A stretch of DNA of 64,000 bases from Betaproteobacteria bacterium Ga0077527 (GTDB taxonomy: Bacteria; Pseudomonadota; Gammaproteobacteria; Burkholderiales; SG8-41). Under the pieces are notes generated by a model. That model did no database searches. It worked only from the letters and a program-made list of their open reading frames with translations, and had not been told where the DNA came from. Location: NCBI GenBank assembly GCA_001464815.1, contig LNDW01000007.1:79746-143745 (forward strand), written 5' to 3'. Below are positions 28,971-37,466 of this stretch, piece after piece. How positions within the stretch are numbered: position 1 is the first letter of the stretch; each line of letters begins with the position of its first letter. The translations under genes were made by a program, and so were the position numbers.

Positions 28971-29956
28971 AAAGCGCGGGCTTCAGACTTGGACTTTGTT
29001 CTTTGATCGGCGGCACGTTGCTGACGCCCCTGTGGGCCGCAGCGCAGGGCAGCACGCCCGCTTATCCGACGCGCCCGATCCGCGCCATCGTGCCGTTCCC
29101 CGCCGGCGGCGGCATCGATACCGTGATCCGCATCCTCGGGCCGAAGATGTCGGAATCGCTCGGGCAGCAACTGATCATCGACAACCGCGCCGGGGCCAGC
29201 GGCACGCTGGGCACCGAGGTGGTGGCCAAGTCGGCGCCGGACGGCTACACGCTGCTCGGCACCTTCTCCAGCCATTCGCAGAACCAGATTCTCTACCGCA
29301 GCCTGCCTTTCGACACGCTGCGTGACTTTGCGTCGATCACCGTGTTCGGCACCGTGCCCAACATCCTGGTCTCCAATCCTGCGCTGCCGGTGAAGTCGGT
29401 GAAGGAGCTGGTGGCGCTGGCCAAGCGCCGGCCCGGCGACATCCTCTATGCCTCAATCGGGCCGGCTTCGCCCTCACACCTGACCGCCGAGCTGTTCAAC
29501 TCGATGGCCGGCGTCAAAACCACCCACGTGCCGTACAAGGGCGCCGCGCCGTCCATGGTGGCGATGGTGTCGGGTGAAACGCAGATCACCTTCACCACGG
29601 TGCTGGTGGCGGTGCCTTATCTGAAGGCCAACCGCCTGCGTGCGCTGGCGGTGACCTCGCTGAAACGTTCCTCCGCGCTGCCGGAAGTGCCGACGCTGGA
29701 CGAAGCCGGCATTCCCGGTTTCGATTCAACAGCGTGGTGGGGCCTGCTGGCCCCGGCGAAGACGCCGAAGCCGATCATTGACCGGCTCTACAACGTCACC
29801 ACCGCCACGATGAAGCTCCCGGAAATCCGCGCGCGGCTGGATCAACTAGGGGCGGAACCGGCTGGCCATACGCCGGAGGCTTTTGACCAGCTGATCCGCG
29901 ATGACATCACCAAGTGGGGCAAGGTGGTGAAGGCGCTGGGGATTACGGCGGATTGA
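28967..29956 (+). CDS. Bug-family (TctC-like) tripartite tricarboxylate transporter substrate-binding protein
   Basis: Signal peptide, then [22 protein letters not shown]......S..LGQQ.IIDNR.GA.G. The start overlaps the aac stop (ATGA). Confidence 0.8.
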   Translation: MKSAGFRLGLCSLIGGTLLTPLWAAAQGSTPAYPTRPIRAIVPFPAGGGIDTVIRILGPKMSESLGQQLIIDNRAGASGTLGTEVVAKSAPDGYTLLGTFSSHSQNQILYRSLPFDTLRDFASITVFGTVPNILVSNPALPVKSVKELVALAKRRPGDILYASIGPASPSHLTAELFNSMAGVKTTHVPYKGAAPSMVAMVSGETQITFTTVLVAVPYLKANRLRALAVTSLKRSSALPEVPTLDEAGIPGFDSTAWWGLLAPAKTPKPIIDRLYNVTTATMKLPEIRARLDQLGAEPAGHTPEAFDQLIRDDITKWGKVVKALGITAD

Positions 29957-30109
29957 GTGTGCCTGGTTTCATCCTGCAAAAATATTTCGACGCCGGTACC
30001 TTTGATTTTTTTCTAACGACTGGTTCTTGGCCGACGCGTTCCGCTCGGCAAAACCGAAACGTTAGGCCGCACTTACCATCCCGCCAATCTCCACGCCCGC
30101 CAGAGCCGA

Positions 30110-31348
30110 ATGCACGTCCTCGCCTCACACTACAGATCAGAGTTCCTGGCCACGCCGCAGCTCGTGCGTGTCGACTACGTTAAGGGGGCGAATGGCTTTG
30201 AGCCGACGCTCCTGGTGAAGGGGAGCACGCTTTTATTGAAGTACATGGTGCTTGGCGCACCACTTCGGTTTGCGTTGGGCCGCGTCGACGATCGTCTTCT
30301 GTACGCGTTCATTGCTTATGACGATGCCGCGAAGCCTGCGATGCTCTGGTCAGTCGTCGAGAGGGAGGCGGAAGTCAACGCGCTGAAAGGCATCGTTTCA
30401 GGCGAGTCTTGCCCGGTATTTCTGTTCAACGAACTTGCTCTCAACGTCGCATGGTCGAACGTCAAGGGCAGCTTCCCCTCTGAAGTCCAGGCCTGGATCG
30501 GCAACGCAAAGCTCGGCAAAGTGGATTACACGTTAATTGCTCAAAGGGCAGACGACCTCCTTGAACGGGAATTCAAGGGCACCATATCAACGGACGAATT
30601 GGTCGCCGCAGAGATTGTGCCGGTCGAGCCGTGGCATCCGGTTTTCAATCACTTCATTACGAGTCACGGCGCTGACAGCCCCATCGACTTGTTTAGCCGC
30701 GATGAGGGCGGTCAGCAGGAGCAACTTGCGGTGTGGCTGACGGACAGCTTGCATCCGCTTGGTGTACACCACAGTCCTCAGATTCCGAAAGGAAACGGCC
30801 AAAGGGAGCTAACCGATATTCTCCTGAGTCACGAGTACGGTGCATTGCTAATCGAATCGAAGGCGCTCACGGTCTTCAACCGGGACAAATTGCCCGACCG
30901 CACCAAGCTGGCGAAGGACGTGTCGCAGCACGTGGAAAAGGCTGTTCGCCAATTGCGTGGAAGTATCCGGAACCTCAAGGCGGGCGTACAGGTCACTACT
31001 CGCGCAGGAGCCGTGATTGATGTTGAGCGGTCAAAGCCAGCGCACGCCATAGTGCTCATTCCTGAGTTTGCCCTGATCGAAAACCAGGACCACTATGGCG
31101 CGGCGTTCATTGCGTATTTCATGGAGACCACGGGAGGCTTTATCCATCTGCTGGATCTTCCGGAGCTGCTCCGTGTGGTGCAAGCCGCCGAAATCCTCTC
31201 CAAGGGAAGTACGAAGGTCACGCCATTGATGGCGTTCGACTACTACCTCACTGAGCGCGCCAAGCGGACGCGAGATGTCGGTACGCTGTGCATCCAGGTT
31301 CTCTTGCGTACGAAAACTGAGAACGAAGGTCCTAGCCATGCGGCCTAA
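30110..31348 (+). CDS. hypothetical protein; C-terminal half with PD-(D/E)xK / NERD-like nuclease signature
   Basis: 412 aa in a visibly lower-GC stretch. The motif ..RELTDILLSHEYGALLIESKALTV.. fits D-x(n)-E-x-K of restriction-endonuclease-fold/NERD domains. I do not recognise the N-terminal ~200 aa. Confidence 0.45.
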   Translation: MHVLASHYRSEFLATPQLVRVDYVKGANGFEPTLLVKGSTLLLKYMVLGAPLRFALGRVDDRLLYAFIAYDDAAKPAMLWSVVEREAEVNALKGIVSGESCPVFLFNELALNVAWSNVKGSFPSEVQAWIGNAKLGKVDYTLIAQRADDLLEREFKGTISTDELVAAEIVPVEPWHPVFNHFITSHGADSPIDLFSRDEGGQQEQLAVWLTDSLHPLGVHHSPQIPKGNGQRELTDILLSHEYGALLIESKALTVFNRDKLPDRTKLAKDVSQHVEKAVRQLRGSIRNLKAGVQVTTRAGAVIDVERSKPAHAIVLIPEFALIENQDHYGAAFIAYFMETTGGFIHLLDLPELLRVVQAAEILSKGSTKVTPLMAFDYYLTERAKRTRDVGTLCIQVLLRTKTENEGPSHAA

Positions 31349-31356
31349 CTCCGACG

Positions 31357-31950
31357 TTAATCGCGCCCGCTCTGCGCCAGTTCTTCCCGCGTATTGATAT
31401 TGCGGAATGCCGCTTCATCCGCAAACTGTACTTCCACGACCTTCAGCTGCGAATACCACATGTCGATCTTACGGCCACCGCTTTCCAGAAAAGCGGTCAG
31501 GCTCGGCAGCACAGATGTCTTGCACAGGCTGAACACCGGATGCGGCTGGTCGCCGGTCTTGGCGACGGCAAGTTCGGCGTTGTTGGCGTCGAGCGCGGCC
31601 TTGAGTTGCGCCACCAGGTCCAGTGGCAGGAAGGGTGAGTCGCAGGGCGCGGTGACCACCAGCGGATGCGCGGCTTCGCTCAGGCCGCGATGCAGGCCGG
31701 CCAGCGGGCCGGCGTAGCCGCCGATGGCGTCAGGGATGACTCTGTATCCAAGTGCTTGATATTGTTCAATATTTTGATTGGCGTTGATCAGCAGTTCGTC
31801 GACCTGCGGGGCGAAGCGTTCGATGACGTGCTGCGCCATCGGTTTGCCGCGCAGCAGCTGCAGGCCCTTGTCGACGCCGCCCATGCGCCGGCCCTGGCCG
31901 CCGGCGAGTAATACGCCGGTGATTCCGGCTGTCGTCCCCGTCATGGTCAT
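31357..31950 (-). CDS. mobA: molybdenum cofactor guanylyltransferase
   Basis: MTMTGTTAGITGVLLAGGQGRRMGGVDKGL.. with the canonical LAGG..RRMGG.DK motif. The start overlaps the fdhD stop (ATGA). The longer ORF-track version is rejected. Confidence 0.85.
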   Translation of the reverse strand: MTMTGTTAGITGVLLAGGQGRRMGGVDKGLQLLRGKPMAQHVIERFAPQVDELLINANQNIEQYQALGYRVIPDAIGGYAGPLAGLHRGLSEAAHPLVVTAPCDSPFLPLDLVAQLKAALDANNAELAVAKTGDQPHPVFSLCKTSVLPSLTAFLESGGRKIDMWYSQLKVVEVQFADEAAFRNINTREELAQSGRD

Positions 31951-32786
31951 GCAATGAGTGTGCGCGTCACCGGCTTCACAAAACGCTCGCGGCCAGTGAA
32001 CAGCAGGTAGTGCTTGTTGACGGCGCGGCCGATCATGGTGATGCCGGTGCGCAGTGCGACGTCGTGGCCCATCTGCGTGAGGCCGGAGCGCGACACCAGG
32101 AAGGGGATGCGCATCTGCGCGGCCTTGATCACCATTTCCGAAGTCAGGCGGCCGGTGGTGTAGAACACCTTGTCCGAGCCGTCGATGTCTTCCAGCCACA
32201 TCAGGCCGGCGATGGCGTCCACCGCGTTGTGACGGCCGACGTCTTCAACGAAGTGCAGGATTTCGGCGGTGTTCTCGTTGACCGCGGCGAGCGCGCAGCC
32301 GTGTACGGCGCCGGCGCTTTTGTAGATGGTTTCGTGGCGGCGCACGGCGTCGAGCAGGGCGTAGAGGCCGGCTTCGGGCAGGCGCACGTCATCGCGCAGT
32401 TTGATGCTGTCGATTTCTTCCATCAGGTCGCCGAACACCGTGCCCTGGCCGCAGCCGGTGGTGACGGTGCGCTTGCTCATTTTCTGCGTCAGGTTTTTCA
32501 CGCGTTTGCGTGTGGTGACGGCGGCGGAATCGGTTTCCCAGTCCACCTGCACCGCGGCGATGTGGTCGACCGACGGCACCAGGCGCTGGTTGCGCAGATA
32601 ACCCAGCACCAGCGCTTCGGGGTTCTGGCCCAGGGTCATCAGCGTGACGATCTCGCGCTTGTCGAGGTAGATCGTCAGCGGATGTTCGCCGGCGATGGCT
32701 GTGGATTCGGCTTCGCCGTGCTCGTTGATCGATTCGACTTCGACAGTGAGCGGGCGGGTGGCGCGGGTGATTTCGGGTTTGGTCAC
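31947..32786 (-). CDS. fdhD: formate dehydrogenase accessory sulfurtransferase FdhD
   Basis: 279 aa with FdhD family blocks (..GCGQGT.FG.., EDVGRHNA.D...G). Confidence 0.85.
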   Translation of the reverse strand: MTKPEITRATRPLTVEVESINEHGEAESTAIAGEHPLTIYLDKREIVTLMTLGQNPEALVLGYLRNQRLVPSVDHIAAVQVDWETDSAAVTTRKRVKNLTQKMSKRTVTTGCGQGTVFGDLMEEIDSIKLRDDVRLPEAGLYALLDAVRRHETIYKSAGAVHGCALAAVNENTAEILHFVEDVGRHNAVDAIAGLMWLEDIDGSDKVFYTTGRLTSEMVIKAAQMRIPFLVSRSGLTQMGHDVALRTGITMIGRAVNKHYLLFTGRERFVKPVTRTLIA

Positions 32787-32817
32787 GATTCCGGGCTGAG
32801 TGGTATGACTTCAGCAG

Positions 32818-32856
32818 CCCCTCACCCTAACCCTATCCCCGCAAGCGGGGAGAGGG
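32818..32856 (-). repeat. REP-like GC-rich hairpin element, copy B (inverted orientation)
   Basis: cccctcaccctaaccct + atccccgcaagcggggagagggg, which is the reverse complement arrangement of copies A and C. Confidence 0.75.
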
Positions 32857-32878
32857 GATGGATTTGAGGCTGGGCGGG

Positions 32879-33913
32879 TCAGCCGCCGATGTAGGACATC
32901 TCGATCTTTTTCAGCGGTATGGTGTTCTTGCCGCGGATTTCTGAATAACGGTCTTCGCGGGCGGACCACACGCTGCCGATGCGGGCGATGATTTCGTCAT
33001 CGCTGGCGCCGCCGCGGATCAGGCCGCGCAGGTCGTGGCCGCTGGTGGCGAAGAGGCAGGTGTAGAGCTGGCCTTCGGTGGAGATGCGGGCGCGGGTGCA
33101 GTCGCGGCAGAAGGCCTGGGTGACGGAGGCGATGACGCCGATTTCGCCGCGGCCGTCCTTGTAGCGCCAGCGTTCGGCGACTTCGCCGGTGTAGTTGGCG
33201 TCGGCGGGTTCCAGCGGCATTTCACGCGAGATGGTATCGACAATTTCGCGCGCGCTGACCACATCGTCCATGCGCCAGCCGTTGCTGGCGCCGACATCCA
33301 TGTATTCAATGAAACGCAGGATGTGGCCGCGTTCGCGGAAAAAACGCGCCATCGGCAGGATGCTGTGTTCGTTGAGGCCGCGCTTGACGACCATGTTGAT
33401 CTTGACCGGTGCGAGGCCGGCGGCTGCGGCGGCATCGATGCCTTCAATCACTTTTGCTACCGGGAAGTCGACGTCGTTCATCGCCTTGAATACGGCGTCA
33501 TCCAGCGAGTCGAGGCTGACGGTGATGCGTTTGAGGCCGGCGGCACGCAGGGCCTGGGCTTTTTTGGCGAGCAGCGAGCCGTTGGTGGTCAGCGTGAGGT
33601 CGAGGCCGGGGATGGCGGCGAGCTGTTCGATCAGCTTCTCGACGTTGCGGCGCACCAGCGGTTCGCCGCCGGTGATGCGGATTTTTTCGACGCCGAGCCG
33701 GGTGAACAGTTGCGCGACGCGGGTGATCTCTTCGAAGGACAGCAGCGCCGAGCGTTCGAGGAACTGGTAGTCCTTGCCGAAGGTTTCTTTCGGCATGCAA
33801 TACACGCAGCGGAAGTTGCAGCGGTCGGTGATCGAGATGCGCAGGTCGCGCAGCGGCCGGCCGAGGCGGTCACGGCTGGCGGTGTCGGGGGCTGCGGTGA
33901 GTGGTGCGTTCAT
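32879..33913 (-). CDS. moaA: GTP 3',8-cyclase MoaA (radical SAM)
   Basis: [10 protein letters not shown] radical-SAM motif, C-terminal CxxCxxxR..(CRDCTRAR), GG tail. Confidence 0.9.
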   Translation of the reverse strand: MNAPLTAAPDTASRDRLGRPLRDLRISITDRCNFRCVYCMPKETFGKDYQFLERSALLSFEEITRVAQLFTRLGVEKIRITGGEPLVRRNVEKLIEQLAAIPGLDLTLTTNGSLLAKKAQALRAAGLKRITVSLDSLDDAVFKAMNDVDFPVAKVIEGIDAAAAAGLAPVKINMVVKRGLNEHSILPMARFFRERGHILRFIEYMDVGASNGWRMDDVVSAREIVDTISREMPLEPADANYTGEVAERWRYKDGRGEIGVIASVTQAFCRDCTRARISTEGQLYTCLFATSGHDLRGLIRGGASDDEIIARIGSVWSAREDRYSEIRGKNTIPLKKIEMSYIGG

Positions 33914-34000
33914 GCTGGCGGCTTGCGGGTCTTCCAGAGCTGCCGATTATGGCTTTCGGCCGGAGCAGGTGCAACCAAGCCCCTGGAAGACAATACTTGC
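33914..34000 (-). promoter_or_regulatory. structured moaA 5' leader; candidate Moco riboswitch
   Basis: A 9-bp helix GUCUUCCAG/CUGGAAGAC (33983..33991 pairs with 33929..33937) encloses CUGC..GCAG and GGC-CGAAA-GCC hairpins. The blocks CUCCGGCC, CUGGAAGA and CCCGC..GCC occur in the same order as the Moco-motif blocks I recall (CUCCGAGCC, CUGGAAAGG, CCCGCC). No covariance-model search was run. Confidence 0.35.
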
Positions 34001-34062
34001 GAATCAGGTATTTAGCGCATTGCGCTGTTGAATGGCCCGCGCCCCTGGCGCAGAATGCGCGC

Positions 34063-34575
34063 ATGTCGAATCTTCCCGAAGATGTTCCCGCAGCCCTCGC
34101 CACGCGCTGGGCGGCTGCGGTGATCATGGAGCGTGTGCCGCTCGAAAACCGCTGGGCCAGCGAGCGCTGGGAGGCCAGGGGCGTGGTGCCCGACCTCAAG
34201 CCCGGCGCCGTGCCGCAGGTGATTGTTGATACGCCGGAGCGCCGCCAGATACTCCACAGCGGGCTGGCGGTGACGCTGCAGCGTGACGAGGCCGAGGGTT
34301 ATTACATGAACATCACCTCGCCAGAGCCCAAGGTGTTTGTGATGTGGCGGATGGAAGAAGAGCAGGCGGTGCCGGCGGGGTTGACGGTGAGTTATCACGA
34401 AGGTTCGCGCTGGCTCGACAGTGGCGAGTCGGTGGATGGTGTGCCGTTGCCGGTGGAGCTGGTGCCGTGGCTGGCGGCGTATTGCGAGCAGCATTACCAG
34501 CCCGAACCCCGGAAAAAACCGAAATACGCGACCAACAAAGATAAAGGTCGCATGGGCAACTGGCGTCCTGACTGA
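34063..34575 (+). CDS. DUF3305-like protein (FDH-cluster associated, function unknown)
   Basis: 170 aa from the ATG at 34063. I recognise the family only by its typical context upstream of a DUF3306 gene and a multi-cluster ferredoxin next to fdh genes. Confidence 0.6.
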   Translation: MSNLPEDVPAALATRWAAAVIMERVPLENRWASERWEARGVVPDLKPGAVPQVIVDTPERRQILHSGLAVTLQRDEAEGYYMNITSPEPKVFVMWRMEEEQAVPAGLTVSYHEGSRWLDSGESVDGVPLPVELVPWLAAYCEQHYQPEPRKKPKYATNKDKGRMGNWRPD

Positions 34576-34586
34576 TTCATAAAAAA

Positions 34587-34631
34587 CTCCCTCTCCTGCC
34601 TGGGCGGGAGAGGGTTGGGGTGAGGGTAGGG
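34587..34631 (+). repeat. REP-like GC-rich hairpin element, copy C
   Basis: ctccctctcc-tgcctgggc-gggagaggg followed by ttggggtgagggtagggg. Confidence 0.75.
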
Positions 34632-34649
34632 GATTCATTCAAAACTGAC

Positions 34650-35243
34650 ATGTCCGCTTCAGAGGAAAAGCCGTCTTCCGGGGAAGAATTTCTTTCCCGT
34701 TGGTCACGGCGCAAACAAACCGCTCGCGCTGAAGAACAGCAGCCGCCTGCTCCGGCCCCAGCACGTCCTGCAGTAGCCGATGCGCCGCCGGTGCTGCCGC
34801 CGCTGGATTCCCTGACTCCGGATTCCGATTTCACCGGCTTCCTGCACCCGAAGGTGGACGAGGGCCTGCGCCGCGCCGCACTGAAAAAACTGTTCAGCGA
34901 TCCGCACTTCAATGTGATGGACGGGCTGGATATCTATATTGATGATTATTCGAAGGATGATCCGATCCCCGAGGCGATGATGAAGGAGCTGCGTCACGCG
35001 CAGGACATCCTGAAGGCATCGCGCGAACGGCGGGAGGAAGAGGCCCAGAGGGAAGCCCTGCGCGAAGCGCAGCGCCGGCGTGAGGCCGGATTGCCGCCGG
35101 AAGACGGGGAGCCAGCCCAGGTCGCTGCGCTGGCAGACGATTCGCCGGAGCTGCCGCAAGCACTGGCCGAGGCGGCACCCGATGCTGTTGTGCCCCTGCC
35201 GGCTGAAGCAGAAGCCGAAACCAACCCTGTAAAACGCGCCTGA
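34650..35243 (+). CDS. DUF3306-like protein (FDH-cluster associated, function unknown)
   Basis: 197 aa. The N-terminus ..FLSRWSRRK.. and the low-complexity acidic/Arg-rich body match my recollection of the family. Context as for the DUF3305-like gene. Confidence 0.55.
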   Translation: MSASEEKPSSGEEFLSRWSRRKQTARAEEQQPPAPAPARPAVADAPPVLPPLDSLTPDSDFTGFLHPKVDEGLRRAALKKLFSDPHFNVMDGLDIYIDDYSKDDPIPEAMMKELRHAQDILKASRERREEEAQREALREAQRRREAGLPPEDGEPAQVAALADDSPELPQALAEAAPDAVVPLPAEAEAETNPVKRA

Positions 35244-35272
35244 ACCGCGCAGTCATCCGAAACGGAAAGCCC

Positions 35273-37354
35273 ATGCGCAACAAAACCCTGCTCTGCAATT
35301 GCAACCGCACCATGAGTGTCGATGGCAAGGCCGTCGCCGCCGCGCTGGGCGAGGGTAACAACCCGCCGAAAGTGCATGACGCGCTGTGCCGGCAGCATCT
35401 GGCTGCTTTCGAGGCGGCGGTGAAGTCCGGGGATGATCTGCTGGTGGCCTGCACCCAGGAGGCGCCGCTGTTCGGTGTGCTGCATGAGGAACTGGGCGGC
35501 AAGGGCGCGATCCGTTTTGCCAACATCCGAGAAAACGCCGGTTGGTCGGCGCAGGGCAAGCAGGCCGCGCCGAAAATGGCGGCATTGCTGGCGGCGGCAG
35601 ACCTGCCCGATCCGGAACCGGTGCCGACGGTGGATTACGAGGCGGGCTCGGAGCTGCTGATTGTCGGCCCCGGCGCGGTGGCGCTGCCCTGGGCCGAGCG
35701 GCTGGCGGAGGCGCTGTCGGTGACGGTGCTGATCACCGATGACGCACGTGATGCCGAGCTGCCGGCCGAACGCGGTTATGCGGTGGTCTCGGGCGCGGTG
35801 GAAAAACTCGAAGGCCATCTCGGTGCCTTCGAGGTGAACTGGAAGCAGCACAATCCGATTGATCTGGAGGCCTGCACGCGCTGCGGCGCCTGTGTGCGTG
35901 CCTGCCCCGAACAGGCGATCAGCACGGCGCTGCAGATCGACATGGAGCGCTGCAAGTCGCATCGCAGCTGTGTTGCTGCCTGCGGTGATGTCAAAGCGAT
36001 CGATTTCAACCGCGTCGATGCCTCGCGTAATGAACGCTTTGATCTGGTGTTTGATCTGTCCGATCCGCCGCTGATCCGCCGCTCGCAGCCGCCCCAGGGA
36101 TACCTTGCGCCGGGCCGCGATCCGCTGGAGCAGGCACTGGCCGCGGCGAAGCTGCCGCAGCTCAGCGGCAGCTTCGAGAAACCGAAATTCTTCAATTACA
36201 AGGAAAGCCTCTGCGCCCATGCGCGCTCGGGCATCACCGGCTGCACGCGCTGCATCGACGTCTGTTCCACCGGCGCGATCAGCAGCCTGCTCAAGGAAAA
36301 CCGCGTGGTGGTTGATCCGCACCTGTGCATGGGCTGCGGCGGCTGCGCCACGGTCTGTCCCTCGGGCGCGATGACCTATGCCTGGCCGCGGGTGGCCGAT
36401 GTCGGGCTGCGCATCAAGGCCATGCTCAAGGCCTATGCCGCTGCCGGCGGCAAGAATCCGCGCCTGTTATTCCATAACGGCGGGGATGGCCGCACGCTGA
36501 TCGCGAAGCTGGCGCGTAGTGGTACGGGCTTGCCGGCAGACCTGATTCCGGTGGAAGTGCTGCACGTCGCCACGGTCGGGCTGGACCTGATGCTCGGCGC
36601 GGTGGCGCTGGGTGCGGCGCAGGTGGTGGTGCTCGCGGCGGGCTCGGAGGCGGAGGAATACACCGCGGCGCTGTCGGTGCAGATGGCGCTGGGCGAGGAA
36701 ATACTCGGCGGCTTCGGTCTGGGTGCAGGGCGCCTGCAATTGCTGGCTGTGGATGATGCCGCAGCAGCAGCGGCGCGTATCGCGGCCCTGCCGGTCGTGA
36801 ACGCGCTGAAGGCGGCGGGTTTCAACCTCGGCAACGAAAAACGCACGACGCTGGATTTTGTATTCGATCATTTTGCCGAGCTTTCGGCGGCAAAGCCGGC
36901 GGTGATCGCGTTGAAGGGTGGGGCGCCGTTCGGCGGGCTGGAGGTCAACAAGGACAAGTGCACCTTGTGCCTGGCCTGCGTCGGCAGTTGCCCGGAAGGG
37001 GCGCTGCTTGATTCCAAGGAAACGCCGGCGCTGCGATTTATCGAGCGCAATTGCGTGCAGTGCGGATTGTGCGTACGCACATGCCCGGAACAGGCGATCA
37101 CCCTGCAGCCGCGACTGCTGGCGGGCACTGCGGCGAAGCAGCCGGTGACGCTCAACGAGACCCAGCCCTTTGCCTGCATCAAATGCGGAAAACCCTTTGG
37201 AACCAAGCAGATGGTCGATGGCATGATCAGCAAACTCGGGCAGCATTCGATGTTTTCTCAGCCCGGTGCGCTGGACCGCATCAAGATGTGCGCGGACTGC
37301 CGGGTGGTCGATCTGCTGCAGAACGCGCAGCACGGGAACATCCTCGATACGTAA
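35273..37354 (+). CDS. large multi-[4Fe-4S] ferredoxin-domain protein
   Basis: 693 aa with several CxxCxxCxxxCP motifs (CTRCGACVRACP, CTRCIDVC..., CMGCGGCATVCP, CTLCLACVGSCP, CVQCGLCVRTCP). Confidence 0.8.
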   Translation: MRNKTLLCNCNRTMSVDGKAVAAALGEGNNPPKVHDALCRQHLAAFEAAVKSGDDLLVACTQEAPLFGVLHEELGGKGAIRFANIRENAGWSAQGKQAAPKMAALLAAADLPDPEPVPTVDYEAGSELLIVGPGAVALPWAERLAEALSVTVLITDDARDAELPAERGYAVVSGAVEKLEGHLGAFEVNWKQHNPIDLEACTRCGACVRACPEQAISTALQIDMERCKSHRSCVAACGDVKAIDFNRVDASRNERFDLVFDLSDPPLIRRSQPPQGYLAPGRDPLEQALAAAKLPQLSGSFEKPKFFNYKESLCAHARSGITGCTRCIDVCSTGAISSLLKENRVVVDPHLCMGCGGCATVCPSGAMTYAWPRVADVGLRIKAMLKAYAAAGGKNPRLLFHNGGDGRTLIAKLARSGTGLPADLIPVEVLHVATVGLDLMLGAVALGAAQVVVLAAGSEAEEYTAALSVQMALGEEILGGFGLGAGRLQLLAVDDAAAAAARIAALPVVNALKAAGFNLGNEKRTTLDFVFDHFAELSAAKPAVIALKGGAPFGGLEVNKDKCTLCLACVGSCPEGALLDSKETPALRFIERNCVQCGLCVRTCPEQAITLQPRLLAGTAAKQPVTLNETQPFACIKCGKPFGTKQMVDGMISKLGQHSMFSQPGALDRIKMCADCRVVDLLQNAQHGNILDT

Positions 37355-37466
37355 GGATGTTGTCAGTATCAGTTGCTCATGGCGTCAGATGAGAATTACT
37401 ATCGTTTGATGCTAGTTTTGTTGTGGAAATTTGCCGGGCTCAGTCATAAGATAGGCAAGATTTCAC

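Noticed and set aside
37355-37466. AT-richer 110-nt spacer before the TorD-like gene, considered as a possible sRNA or riboswitch
   Set aside because: I could find no convincing stem-loops, terminator or conserved-looking blocks. It is more likely an internal promoter or spacer region of the FDH cluster.
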